From: Deltaproteobacteria bacterium
GTDB taxonomy: Bacteria; Desulfobacterota; Syntrophia; Syntrophales; JACQWR01
DNA: 64,000 bases
Assembly (NCBI GenBank): GCA_026388415.1
Contig: JAPLJV010000004.1
Coordinates: 530-64,529 of the forward strand
Direction: 5' to 3'
Part shown: positions 17,331-26,822 of the stretch, piece after piece
Position numbering within the stretch: the stretch's first letter is position 1
Layout of the letters: each line of letters starts with the position of its first letter
Notes under the pieces: generated by a model
What the model was told of the DNA's origin: nothing
Seen by the model: only the letters and a program-made list of their open reading frames with translations
Databases searched by the model: none
Translations under genes and position numbers: made by a program

Positions 17331-17343
17331 GCTGCATCCTCCT

Positions 17344-17426
17344 TAAAAAAGTGCTGAGTTCCGAGTACTGAGTACTGAGTACTGAGTGCTGAGTACTTTC
17401 TTTTACTCAATCCTCAGCACTCAGCA
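17344..17426 (-). repeat. intercistronic palindromic repeat, copy 2 (longest copy, between acsA and acsB)
   Basis: Same core as copy 1, with extra GAGTACT heptamer units (CCGAGTACTGAGTACTGAGTACTGAGTGCTGAGTAC). It lies 7 nt after the acsA stop and 13 nt before the acsB ATG. Confidence 0.8.
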
Positions 17427-17433
17427 TTTGCAT

Positions 17434-19521
17434 TTACCCCGCGGCCAGCTTCTGCCGATCCGCCATATCCATCAGGACCCGTTCACGGGCCTTGTCAATA
17501 CCTAAGGCCTTGCGCTTCTTGTCAATGTGGGCCAGCATCCGGCGGGCCATTTCGTAGGGATCCGAAACCACATCCCATTTGCCGCCCACTATCTTTTCCA
17601 AACCATTGAAGAGGTAATCCTTGAATACAGGCGACCCATCAATGGGCAGACCGGCGCCGAAGATGACATATACACCGCTGCCGACAAAATAATGTCCGAT
17701 GGCCACCGCCTTTTCACTCATCCATTCGGGGGCGCACCCCGCCAACGGCAGATCGCTCAGATCGTTGCCCAGGCCTCCCGCAGCCACTACTGCGGAGGCA
17801 GCCGAGAGCATCCGGCTGTTATCCACGCAGGAACCCATGTGCAGAATCGGGGGGATGCCCACGGTCTCACAAACTTCCGCCAGACCGGGTCCACAATAGA
17901 CCATCGCCGCCTCGGGTGTCAAAAGGCCCGCCTTGCCGAAGGCCATGGCGGCACAGCCCGTAGTCAGGATAATTACGTCATTTTTGAGCAGCTCCTTAGC
18001 CAGAATCAAATGGGCGTTGTCGTGCATCGTCCGGGCATTGTTGCATCCCACAATGGCGGCGATACCCCGGATCCGTCCATTGATGATGTTGTCATTCAGG
18101 GGGACATAAGAGCCGCGGAAGGTTCCGCCCAGGTTATACTCTATGGCCTCGTAGCTGAAACCCACGACCATCTTCTCTTTCTCCCGGGGGATCATCGCTT
18201 CCCCGCGACGATTGGGGAAGTTGTCAATGGCAATCTTCACTATCTTTTTGGCATCTGCCAGGGCGTTATGTTCGTCAAACTCCACATGGATCGTTGCGCC
18301 AGAGGCGATTTTGCAGCGTGTATTGGTGGTGATAAGCTTCGTATGGTAGCAGGCGCAGACATTGGCCAGGCTTTCCATGATACACTGGACATCCACCGTC
18401 ATGGCATCCACCACGCCGGTAACGATAGCCAGTTCCTGCTGCAGGAAGTTCCCGGCAATGGGCAGTCCGTGGCGGAGCAGAATTTCATTGGCCGTACAGC
18501 ACATACCGGCCAGGACAATGCCTTTGGCGCCCTTGCTTTTCGCATAGTCAAGCATCTCAGGATCCCGTACGGCCGCCACGATCATCTCCGGCAGCAACGC
18601 CTCATGACCATGGACGATAATATTTACGTGGTCTTCCTTCAGGACACCGAGGTTGATCTCACCGAGAATGGGCTTGGGAGTGCCGAACATGACATCCTGC
18701 AAATCAGTGGCAATCATCGAACCGGCCCAGCCATCCGCCAGGGCGGCGCGGAAACACTGTTTGACAAGGTTCTGGTAATCCTGATCTACCCCCATATGGG
18801 TCCGGTGCATGATCTCGACGATCTCCCTGTCTATTCCCCGGGGGATAATGTCCAGTTTCTTCCATAGGTCATACCGCGCCTGCGGAGCGCGTTTGGCGTA
18901 ATAGATTTCACCCTCCTGTTTGCCCCATTCACCCAAGGCTTTTTCCCCGACCTCCACAGCGATTTCGTATTTATTCCGCGGTGTTGCCACACTATCAACT
19001 GTGACGCTGATGGCCACGCCGAAGTCCGGGGCAATCGCCCGCAGTTTTTTCTCATCCACAATGTCATAATCCGGCGATTCGCGACGGGCTGCCGCCAGGA
19101 ATACCGCGGCGACGGTGCGACCGTGGTCGGAATGAGAGGCCGAGCCGGCGGCCACCATCCGGGAAAAATTTCGGGCCGCAATTGTTTCCGGCGTGGCGCC
19201 GCATAGCCCCTGCCGGGTATCTTTTCCCTCTGTATTTTCCAAATCCCCCCTTAAACCCCCTTTGGTAAAGGGGGGGATGGGGGAGTTTTTGGTCAGGGGC
19301 AGGCGGCAGGGCCCCTGGGCGCATAGCTTGCAGCAGGTGCCCTGGGCGCCGATATTGCACGGTTTCATGTTTTCGGCACGATCAAATATGGTCTCCACCC
19401 CATCGGCCTGTGCCTTGTAGAGCATCTTGATGGTAGCCTGATCCACCGACTTTTCTTCCGGTTTAATCTGTTTCTTTTCCTTCTCCAGGGGCCTTATCTT
19501 GTCTTTTATCTCGTCCGACAT
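17434..19521 (-). CDS. acsA: Ni-Fe carbon monoxide dehydrogenase catalytic subunit (CODH/ACS beta)
   Basis: 695 aa. CNIGAQGTCCKLCAQGPCR (B/D-cluster Cys) and a CooS-family body. Carries an extra segment between PCR and GLCGA (see findings). Confidence 0.95.
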   Translation of the reverse strand: MSDEIKDKIRPLEKEKKQIKPEEKSVDQATIKMLYKAQADGVETIFDRAENMKPCNIGAQGTCCKLCAQGPCRLPLTKNSPIPPFTKGGLRGDLENTEGKDTRQGLCGATPETIAARNFSRMVAAGSASHSDHGRTVAAVFLAAARRESPDYDIVDEKKLRAIAPDFGVAISVTVDSVATPRNKYEIAVEVGEKALGEWGKQEGEIYYAKRAPQARYDLWKKLDIIPRGIDREIVEIMHRTHMGVDQDYQNLVKQCFRAALADGWAGSMIATDLQDVMFGTPKPILGEINLGVLKEDHVNIIVHGHEALLPEMIVAAVRDPEMLDYAKSKGAKGIVLAGMCCTANEILLRHGLPIAGNFLQQELAIVTGVVDAMTVDVQCIMESLANVCACYHTKLITTNTRCKIASGATIHVEFDEHNALADAKKIVKIAIDNFPNRRGEAMIPREKEKMVVGFSYEAIEYNLGGTFRGSYVPLNDNIINGRIRGIAAIVGCNNARTMHDNAHLILAKELLKNDVIILTTGCAAMAFGKAGLLTPEAAMVYCGPGLAEVCETVGIPPILHMGSCVDNSRMLSAASAVVAAGGLGNDLSDLPLAGCAPEWMSEKAVAIGHYFVGSGVYVIFGAGLPIDGSPVFKDYLFNGLEKIVGGKWDVVSDPYEMARRMLAHIDKKRKALGIDKARERVLMDMADRQKLAAG
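19243..19278. repeat. G/C-run palindromic element embedded in-frame in acsA
   Basis: ATCCCCCC TTAAA CCCCCTTT GGT AAAGGGGG GGAT. The inner hairpin CCCCCTTT/AAAGGGGG (19256-19274) and the outer ATCCCCCC/GGGGGGAT arms were read directly from the sequence. Confidence 0.6.
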
Positions 19522-19534
19522 CTACGCTCCTCCT

Positions 19535-19584
19535 TAAAAAAGTGCTGAGTACTTTCTTTTGCTCAGTCCTCAGCACTCAGCACT
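19535..19584 (-). repeat. intercistronic palindromic repeat, copy 3 (shortest copy, between acsD and acsA)
   Basis: TAAAAAAGTGCTGAGTACTTTCTTTTGCTCAGTCCTCAGCACTCAGCACT. On the mRNA sense AAGUGCUGAGU pairs with ACUCAGCACUU and is followed by UUUUAAGGAGG. The element ends 13 nt before the acsA ATG. Confidence 0.8.
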
Positions 19585-19623
19585 TCTCCTTATATTTCCA
19601 GGCCATGAGCCGTAAAGGGTTCT

Positions 19624-20568
19624 TTACGCGGTAAAATCATTGATCATCTCTCGCACCAGCCGTACCGCTTCGGGGTGTCTCATCACCAGCACATCCGCCC
19701 CGGCCAGAAGAAGCAGGGTCGCGGTCATGGCCTCCATGATGATGCCCCGTCGGGTAGCATCCCCGAGGTGGGGGGCGTCTTCTGTTTTGGCCTTGGCCTC
19801 TTTGGTCTTCCAGACCTCCCCGGCCAGGTTGCAGATGATGGGGAATTGCAGTCTCTCGTCCTGTTGGGTAAGAGCGGCCATACGATCGCGCTCCATTACC
19901 GAGTAGGTATATTCGATTCCGTAACCCAAGCCTCCGGTAGTTGGATCTACTATGAGTTGACGATCCGGCACGCCAAGATTGCCGAGAAGTATGTTGAGCT
20001 GCTTGGCCAGGTTAATATCTATCGGCGTGTTGGCAGAGACGGTATGCTTATAGGCAATCGCGCCGGCGCCGATCTGCTTGTAGTTGTCCGCTACCACCGG
20101 ACCGAGGACCAGATTCATCCCGTCGCTTGCTTCGGCAACTTTGCGTAGTAAATCAGAATCCTTATCGGAGTTACCGCTTCCATAAACAACGACCGGGACA
20201 TCAACCGCCGCGGCCACTTTTTTGGCTGTCTCCGTTGCCTCTTCGCTCGATTTGTTGAGACCATTAGGATCCGTACTGACGAGCTGCAAAGCTATCAGTT
20301 CAGCGCCGTAAACATCTACCGCCTTCTGCGCCCACGCTACCGGATCATTAATAACGTCGAGATAGGGCTCTAATGCCGCCGCCGCCCAATTATCAGGCGC
20401 TACATCGTAAACCTCGATGGCAATTCTCGGGGCGTGGGGCATCTCTCCTTCAAAAAGATGAAAGGGATAGGATGTTTCTCCCCCCACGGTCACGGCTCTG
20501 GCGCCTTTTCCCAATACTACTTCCTTGATCTTTCCCGTATAGACCGCTTTCGGTATTGTGAATGTCAT
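19624..20568 (-). CDS. acsD: corrinoid iron-sulfur protein small subunit
   Basis: 314 aa. The MTFTIPKAVYTGKIKEVVLGKG... N-terminus and TIM-barrel-like body are typical of AcsD/CdhD. Sits in the ACS context. Confidence 0.9.
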   Translation of the reverse strand: MTFTIPKAVYTGKIKEVVLGKGARAVTVGGETSYPFHLFEGEMPHAPRIAIEVYDVAPDNWAAAALEPYLDVINDPVAWAQKAVDVYGAELIALQLVSTDPNGLNKSSEEATETAKKVAAAVDVPVVVYGSGNSDKDSDLLRKVAEASDGMNLVLGPVVADNYKQIGAGAIAYKHTVSANTPIDINLAKQLNILLGNLGVPDRQLIVDPTTGGLGYGIEYTYSVMERDRMAALTQQDERLQFPIICNLAGEVWKTKEAKAKTEDAPHLGDATRRGIIMEAMTATLLLLAGADVLVMRHPEAVRLVREMINDFTA

Positions 20569-20572
20569 TATT

Positions 20573-21472
20573 CTACTCCTTTATGCCTGCTGCCAATTTG
20601 GCCGCCTTAACGGTATTCATCATGAGCATCGTAATGGTCATGGGACCAACTCCGCCTGGAACAGGGGTAATGGCGCCGGCCTTTTCTTTCACGGAGGCAA
20701 AATCAACATCGCCGCACAGCCTGGCCTTGCCTTCCGCAGTCATACCAATCCTGTTCACCCCCACATCAATCACAACGGCGCCTTCTTTCACCATATCAGC
20801 CGTGATGGCGTTGGGCTTGCCGGCCGCAACGATCAGGATGTCCGCCCGCCGGGTATGAAAGGCGATGTCTTTGGAACCGGTATGGCAGATGGTTACCGTG
20901 GCATTAGCCCCTTTCTGTTTCTGTAAAAGGATATTGGCGATGGGCTTGCCCACAATGTTCGAACGGCCGACGACAACCACTTCGGCGCCGCTCGTTTCTA
21001 CTCCCGTACGCATGAGCAACTGCTGAATCCCGGCTGGTGTGCAGGGAAGATAATCAGCCGCGCCGATCATTAGTTTACCCAAATTGACGGGATGAAATCC
21101 GTCCACATCCTTCCGGGGATCAATGGCACAGAGGACTCTTGTTTCATTGACATGCTCCGGCAAGGGGAGTTGCACTAATATACCGTGGATTTTCGGATCC
21201 TGATTATACTTCTCAATCAAGGCCAGTAAATCCGTTTCGGCGACATCCGGAGGCTGGTTGTCCTGCAAAGAGTAAAATCCCAGTTCCCTGGATGCCTTCT
21301 GTTTGGCGGTCACATAGCTGATGGAGGCGGGGTTTTGCCCCACCAGAATCGTTACCAGACCCGGAACGACATTACTTGCTTCCTTGAGCTGCGCCGTCTC
21401 TTCCTTGATCTCTTCCCTGATCTGCGCAGCAATCTCATTGCCGTTGATTAACTTTGCCGTCATATCCTGCAT
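20573..21472 (-). CDS. folD: bifunctional methylene-THF dehydrogenase / methenyl-THF cyclohydrolase
   Basis: 299 aa. LVTILVGQNPASISYV, GILVQLPLP and VVVGRSNIVGKP are FolD signatures. An alternative start is at 21463. Confidence 0.9.
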   Translation of the reverse strand: MQDMTAKLINGNEIAAQIREEIKEETAQLKEASNVVPGLVTILVGQNPASISYVTAKQKASRELGFYSLQDNQPPDVAETDLLALIEKYNQDPKIHGILVQLPLPEHVNETRVLCAIDPRKDVDGFHPVNLGKLMIGAADYLPCTPAGIQQLLMRTGVETSGAEVVVVGRSNIVGKPIANILLQKQKGANATVTICHTGSKDIAFHTRRADILIVAAGKPNAITADMVKEGAVVIDVGVNRIGMTAEGKARLCGDVDFASVKEKAGAITPVPGGVGPMTITMLMMNTVKAAKLAAGIKE

Positions 21473-21483
21473 TTCCTTCTCTA

Positions 21484-22230
21484 TTATAAAATATACTGAT
21501 CAAAAATGCGCCATGCCGCCTGTATCGCTGGAACGGACGCGGGAAGCTGAAAAGTAGGCGTCCCGCTATGGTCAAAGCGGCTGATTTCATCGTCAACAGG
21601 GATAACGCCTGCGAGCACCAGTCCCCTCCTGCCAATTTCTTCCCTGGTATCATCCTGCAGGGGGCCTGTCAGGCGATTCAAGACCAGTACATCTTTGGTG
21701 ATATTCAACTTGAGCTCTCTGATCAGATCGCGGATGCGGGCCGCCGTAATAATGCCGCGGCGGCTGGAATCGGACATGATAAAAAGCAGATCCACATCCT
21801 GAGTTGTCAGGCGGCTGAAATGCTCCATTCCCGCTTCGTTGTCAATAACAATATAAGGGTAGTTTGCCGTCAACATATCTATGTACTTCCTGGCAAGGGT
21901 ATTGGCAGCGCAGTAGCAACCCGCGCCTTCCGGTCGCCCCATTGCCAGCAGATCAAAACCCCTGGCTTCCGTCAAGGCTTCCTGAACCTTATATTCAAAC
22001 CACACATCTTTCGTCATGCCGGCGGGAACTTCCTCTTTCATCGCCTCGCGCATTTGGCCGATAGTGGTCTTGACGTCAATGCCCAGCACTTCATTAAGAT
22101 TGGCATTGGCGTCGGCATCCACCGCGAGGACAGGTCCTTTATTTTTTTCCAGGAGGTAACGAATGACCATGCCCGCAAAGGTAGTCTTGCCCGTTCCTCC
22201 TTTTCCCGATACTGCGATGGTAAAACTCAT
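21484..22230 (-). CDS. cooC: CODH/ACS nickel-insertion accessory ATPase (CooC/AcsF family)
   Basis: P-loop AVSGKGGTGKTT and a CxC motif (GAGCYCAAN). 248 aa. Confidence 0.85.
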   Translation of the reverse strand: MSFTIAVSGKGGTGKTTFAGMVIRYLLEKNKGPVLAVDADANANLNEVLGIDVKTTIGQMREAMKEEVPAGMTKDVWFEYKVQEALTEARGFDLLAMGRPEGAGCYCAANTLARKYIDMLTANYPYIVIDNEAGMEHFSRLTTQDVDLLFIMSDSSRRGIITAARIRDLIRELKLNITKDVLVLNRLTGPLQDDTREEIGRRGLVLAGVIPVDDEISRFDHSGTPTFQLPASVPAIQAAWRIFDQYIL

Positions 22231-22246
22231 GATCTATACCGCCCCT

Positions 22247-22317
22247 TAAAAAAGTGCTGAGTTCCGAGTACTGAGGACTGAGTACTTTCTATTACTCAGT
22301 CCTCAGCACTCAGCACT
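22247..22317 (-). repeat. intercistronic palindromic repeat, copy 4 (between the RACo gene and cooC)
   Basis: TAAAAAAGTGCTGAGTTCCGAGTACTGAGGACTGAGTACTTTCTATTACTCAGTCCTCAGCACTCAGCACT. The perfect 12-bp inner stem is GAGGACUGAGUA/UACUCAGUCCUC. The element ends 16 nt before the cooC ATG. Confidence 0.8.
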
Positions 22318-22347
22318 TCTCCTTAACAAAGTTCTGGATTCCGGTTT

Positions 22348-24351
22348 TCACCGGAATGACGATTTTTGGGCATTTTCCCTGCTCAAATGCAGCCGCTCCT
22401 GTACCTTCGGAAAGGCTGACGCATCAGTGTGGGGCAGAAACAGTGCCGCCATAAATTCATTCATGAAACCGCCGTGATTGCTCAATTCCAGATTGGTCAT
22501 CATGAGTGAGATCCTTTCCGCTTCCTTAAGCAGATCTTGCGAAAAGGAAAGCAGCCGGGCACCCAGCAGGGAACCGTTGCCGACAAAGATGAATTTGCTG
22601 ATCTCCAATTCCGGCAATAAACCTATAAAAATAGCCTTTTCCAGATCGAGATGTCGGCCAAAGCCGCCGGCTATAATGACCTGCTCCAGATCCTTGAAAC
22701 CCAAGCCCAGACTTTCCAGTAGTATCTTGCAACCGGCATATATGGAACCTTTGGTACGGATGAGGTTTTCGATGTCAATCTCCGTCAGGACAATATCTTC
22801 ATGAATTTGCGTTTGTTCTTTGTAGGCCAGCACGTATTCATAACCGTCCCCTCCCCTCCTTACCCGCCCGGTCGGAAGATCGAGGCGAAACTTGCCATCT
22901 TGATCAATAAGGCCTGCCTCCAGCAGTTCGGCTACAATATCAATCAAGCCTGATCCGCAGATGCCGAGTGGCCTGGTGCGGCCGATGGTCAAGATCATCG
23001 GTTCACAGGTGTGCGGGTTGATACTGACTTCTTCAATGGCGCCGCGGGTCGCCCGCATGCCGAATTTTATCCCTGCTCCCTCAAAGGCCGGTCCCGCTGA
23101 GCAGGAAACACTGGCCAGCCAATCCTTGTTTCCCAAAACAATCTCCCCGTTGGTGCCAATATCCATGTAAAGGGTCAAGGCTTCCCGCTGGAAAATGCCG
23201 GAGCCGAGTACGCCGGCGACTACGTCACCGCCTACATAACTGGCCACCGATGGAAAGATATACATATAAACATGTTCGCCGATATTGATGCCCAGATGGA
23301 CCGCTCGTACCGGGGGGATAAAATTGGCGGTGGGCACATAGGGGGCCTCCCGGATATACTTCGGGTCAACGCCCAACAGCAATTGCGTCATGGTCGTATT
23401 GCCGGCTACGACGAGATGGGAAATCAAGGCGCGATCAATGCCGCTCATTTTCAGAAGCTCTTCAATAATGCCATTGATCGTTCCCACCACCGTTTGCTGG
23501 AGCTTCATTAGACCGCCCGGTTTCTGAGAGTGGACGATCCGGGTGATAACGTCTTCTCCGAAATTTATCTGGGCATTATAATCAGAGGCCTCGGCGAGGG
23601 CAAAGAGAGTTGCGCCATTACAGTTACCATCGGGGCAAGCGACAACCTTGCATTCGTTAAGATTGAGGATCTGACCGAAAACAGTGGTGGTGCCGATGTC
23701 CAGTACGATCGAGTAATTCTGCTGGCAATTGTCTCCGGCCGCCACGTTGATTAATTTTGCTCCCTTTATGGTCAGCACCAGGGTAACGGTTACCTTCCAA
23801 TCCGCCTCCCGCAGCAGGCGGCTTAATTTCATAATTACCCGGAAGTCGGTGGAAATGCCGTTAATGCCATGCTGGCGATTGATGGCACGAATAAGGCGCG
23901 TCAGATCGCTGACATTATCGCCCAGAGAAGGAGGCTCTAATTCCACATATATTTTAAATACCGAAGGGTCAACATCCCAACCCTGCACTAATTGGTAAAT
24001 GTCTTTTGGAGAAAGAAGATAAGAGGCAAGGCCCCGATCGCCCTTGAGTGCCAGCGTAGATCTGTCAACCTGCGATTCCGGAGGGATTTCGATATCCACC
24101 GGAGCGATTACGGAAGTCAGGCAAGCCAGCCGATAGCCGTCTGCGTACTCAAATGAGGACAACTTGGCATGCAGCGGCGAGGCGACCAAACCGCCGCTAA
24201 TCCTGACCTTGCATTTGCCGCAGTTTGCATTGCCACCGCAGGAGGCATTGATATGTATCCCCGCGGCCATAGCCGCCTGAAGAAGGTTCTCTCCTTCATC
24301 AACGGAGATGGCTCTCTCGCTGGGATGGAATGTTACCTGATATTTCCCCAT
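22348..24351 (-). CDS. reductive activator of the corrinoid Fe-S protein (RACo-like; [2Fe-2S] ferredoxin domain plus ASKHA ATPase)
   Basis: ORF 22348..24405 trimmed to [25 protein letters not shown]-terminal [12 protein letters not shown] ferredoxin motif and a long ASKHA-like body. Alternative starts are at 24378 and 24405. Confidence 0.8.
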   Translation of the reverse strand: MGKYQVTFHPSERAISVDEGENLLQAAMAAGIHINASCGGNANCGKCKVRISGGLVASPLHAKLSSFEYADGYRLACLTSVIAPVDIEIPPESQVDRSTLALKGDRGLASYLLSPKDIYQLVQGWDVDPSVFKIYVELEPPSLGDNVSDLTRLIRAINRQHGINGISTDFRVIMKLSRLLREADWKVTVTLVLTIKGAKLINVAAGDNCQQNYSIVLDIGTTTVFGQILNLNECKVVACPDGNCNGATLFALAEASDYNAQINFGEDVITRIVHSQKPGGLMKLQQTVVGTINGIIEELLKMSGIDRALISHLVVAGNTTMTQLLLGVDPKYIREAPYVPTANFIPPVRAVHLGINIGEHVYMYIFPSVASYVGGDVVAGVLGSGIFQREALTLYMDIGTNGEIVLGNKDWLASVSCSAGPAFEGAGIKFGMRATRGAIEEVSINPHTCEPMILTIGRTRPLGICGSGLIDIVAELLEAGLIDQDGKFRLDLPTGRVRRGGDGYEYVLAYKEQTQIHEDIVLTEIDIENLIRTKGSIYAGCKILLESLGLGFKDLEQVIIAGGFGRHLDLEKAIFIGLLPELEISKFIFVGNGSLLGARLLSFSQDLLKEAERISLMMTNLELSNHGGFMNEFMAALFLPHTDASAFPKVQERLHLSRENAQKSSFR

Positions 24352-25135
24352 CACCTGAACAATCCCTCTTTTTGACATTGATGTTGTAGATGATGCGCAA
24401 ACCATCTAAAGTCAGCATCTGTTCCACTACGTCAATAGTTGCCGTCTGCGCAGCAATGACAGTTGCCAGCCCCCCTGTCGCCACCACCAGAGGATTGCCG
24501 TCCACTTCCTTTTTCATACGCCCCACTATGCCGTCCACCAGGCCGGCATAGCCGTACATAATGCCGGCCTGCATGCTGCTCACGGTATCCTTGGCAACAA
24601 TGTTCCTGGGTTTGGTAAGTTCCACTCGCGGCAGTTTGGCGGTGCGTTCAAACAGAGCTTCCGTGGAGATCATGATCCCTGGTGCGATGCATCCGCCCAT
24701 ATATTCACCCTGGGGAGATATATAATCAAAAGTGGTGGCGGTGCCGAAATCAACGACGATCAAGTCCCGCGCATACTTATTGTAACAGGCGACGGCATTA
24801 ACAATGCGATCGGCGCCTACTTCCTTCGGATTATCGTAAAAAATCGGCATGCCCGTCTTGATACCCGGGCCAACAATCATCGGTTTGATATTAAAATATT
24901 TCCGGCACAGAGGTTCCAGGATATTCAGCATGGGCGGCACGACACAGGAAATAATGATATCCGTAACCGCCTGCGAACTGAGGCGGCTTGACTTATAGAG
25001 ATTGTAAATAAGGATGCCGTATTCATCTACCGTATGACTGGCATTGGTGCGGATTCTCCAGTCATGCACCAGTTCTTCGCCATCGTACACACCCAAGACG
25101 GTATCGGTGTTTCCTACATCCATGACTAATAGCAT
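24299..25135 (-). CDS. coaX: type III pantothenate kinase
   Basis: [17 protein letters not shown] start and FGTATTFD are CoaX signatures. A C-terminal tail of about 25 aa overlaps the RACo start. Confidence 0.85.
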   Translation of the reverse strand: MLLVMDVGNTDTVLGVYDGEELVHDWRIRTNASHTVDEYGILIYNLYKSSRLSSQAVTDIIISCVVPPMLNILEPLCRKYFNIKPMIVGPGIKTGMPIFYDNPKEVGADRIVNAVACYNKYARDLIVVDFGTATTFDYISPQGEYMGGCIAPGIMISTEALFERTAKLPRVELTKPRNIVAKDTVSSMQAGIMYGYAGLVDGIVGRMKKEVDGNPLVVATGGLATVIAAQTATIDVVEQMLTLDGLRIIYNINVKKRDCSGDGEISGNIPSQRESHLR

Positions 25136-25138
25136 TGG

Positions 25139-25939
25139 CTATCCTCTATACCCTTCAATTAACTTGACATCGCCTGCGATGACGCGGCGTTGCTCACCAT
25201 TTCCATCCCTGATAATGAGCGCTCCCGCGTCGTCCATACCCGTGACCATCCCCTGATAAACTTCCTCTCCGAAGGTTACCCCGACGCATCTTTCCATTAG
25301 TTGCGAAGATGACAACCACAATTCCCGGATGGGTTTGATTCCTTCCTTGAGGAATAACTGATATAAATCAGCCATAATTTCAAATAACTTAACTGTCAAC
25401 CCGACACGATCAATCGTCTTCCCCATCTCTATTCGAAGCGATGTGGCAATCTCTTCGAGAGGCGGCGGGAAATCATTTTTTTGCATGTTGATATTGATGC
25501 CGATCCCGACAATGACGAATTCAACCTTATGACCTGCCGTTTTCATTTCCGTCAGAATGCCGCTGACTTTCTTATCATTGATCAGCACATCATTCGGCCA
25601 CTTGAGCCGCACCCGTTGAGGGCAATAGCCGTTTAGGAGTTCGGCGACGGCCACTCCGGCCATGACAGTGAGGGGAGAGGATAAAGCCGCCGCCAAGGCA
25701 GGCCTAAGGATCAAGGATGTATAGAGGTTGACAGCCGGCGGAGACTGCCACACTCTCTGCATACGTCCCCGACCACAGGTCTGATGGTCGGCAATAATGA
25801 CCGTTCCTTCCGGCGCCCCCTCCCCCGCCAACTTGAAGGCCAGTAAATTAGTTGAGTCCGCACTGGGGGAAAAATAAAGCGGCGAGCCAATCGCTTTTCC
25901 CGACAGAGCGGCGTTCAGGTTTTCCGCATTAAAGTCCAT
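25139..25939 (-). CDS. birA: biotin-[acetyl-CoA-carboxylase] ligase (no HTH domain)
   Basis: The HQTCGRGRMQRVWQSP (GRGRxGR-type) motif, then KWPNDVLI. 266 aa. Confidence 0.85.
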   Translation of the reverse strand: MDFNAENLNAALSGKAIGSPLYFSPSADSTNLLAFKLAGEGAPEGTVIIADHQTCGRGRMQRVWQSPPAVNLYTSLILRPALAAALSSPLTVMAGVAVAELLNGYCPQRVRLKWPNDVLINDKKVSGILTEMKTAGHKVEFVIVGIGININMQKNDFPPPLEEIATSLRIEMGKTIDRVGLTVKLFEIMADLYQLFLKEGIKPIRELWLSSSQLMERCVGVTFGEEVYQGMVTGMDDAGALIIRDGNGEQRRVIAGDVKLIEGYRG

Positions 25940-26818
25940 CTAATGTATCTCATCGCGGCATTCCACCCGCAGAGATATGTCCGCTGCCATCACGGAATGG
26001 GTAAGCGCCCCGGATGATATGTAATTTACCCCCGTTCCGGCTATCTCTTTCACATTAGCCAGCGTCACGTTGCCAGATGCCTCCAAAGGGATCCGACCCG
26101 CAACAATTGTTACCGCTTTTTTCATATCGGCAATGCTCATATTGTCAAACATGATCACATCGGCGCCAGCGCTAAGTGCTTCTTCCACCTGTGGGAGATT
26201 TTCCACTTCCACCTCGATCTTGACGGTTATGGGCACCCGGCGACGCACATTGGCTACCGCCGCGGCAATGCTGCCGGCGGCGGCAATATGATTTTCCTTG
26301 ATCAAGGCGCCGTCAAAAAGACCGAAACGATGGCTGTAACCGCCGGCAACGCGGACAGCATAGGTATCCAGGATTCTTAATCCCGGCGCAGTTTTTCTGG
26401 TATGAATGATTTTCACGCCACTGTCTTTCACGGCCTCTACCAAGCGACGCGTGTGGGTGGCAATGCCGCACATCCTTTGCAGAAAGTTCAGCGCCGTCCG
26501 TTCGGCCATTAATATGCTCCCCAGCCGACCCTGAATTACGGCAATGACATCACCTTGCTGCACTTTATCACCGTCTGCAACCGAGGCGGTAAATAGGAGG
26601 TCCGGATCAAGAAACAGAAATGACTCCCGGAAGACATTAATGCCGGCAACAATCGTCTCGGATTTCGCCACCGCTTTTGCGAATCCTGTTTCGTTACCCT
26701 TCAGGGCGCCGCCTGTAGTTACATCCCCGGAACCGATGTCTTCGGCAAGGGCCATCGCGATCAATTTATGCACCGCTGGTTTATATGCCATCAGGTCATC
26801 ATTCATCATTGCTTCCAA
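25940..26818 (-). CDS. nadC: nicotinate-nucleotide (quinolinate) pyrophosphorylase
   Basis: 292 aa. ERTALNFLQRMCGIAT, TRKTAPGLR and IMFDNM are NadC motifs. Confidence 0.9.
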   Translation of the reverse strand: MEAMMNDDLMAYKPAVHKLIAMALAEDIGSGDVTTGGALKGNETGFAKAVAKSETIVAGINVFRESFLFLDPDLLFTASVADGDKVQQGDVIAVIQGRLGSILMAERTALNFLQRMCGIATHTRRLVEAVKDSGVKIIHTRKTAPGLRILDTYAVRVAGGYSHRFGLFDGALIKENHIAAAGSIAAAVANVRRRVPITVKIEVEVENLPQVEEALSAGADVIMFDNMSIADMKKAVTIVAGRIPLEASGNVTLANVKEIAGTGVNYISSGALTHSVMAADISLRVECRDEIH

Positions 26819-26822
26819 TGTC

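Noticed and set aside
17527-18867. 446-aa plus-strand ORF
   Set aside because: It is nested antisense to acsA, with the same shadow-ORF composition and no recognisable domain.
21568-22260. 230-aa plus-strand ORF
   Set aside because: Antisense to cooC, which has a clear P-loop and CxC motif. The ORF itself has no motifs.
9549-24351. Search for in-frame TGA (selenocysteine) or frameshifts in the Wood-Ljungdahl genes
   Set aside because: All genes read through as single uninterrupted ORFs of the expected length. No Sec-containing families (Fdh, HdrA, MvhD) are present in the window.
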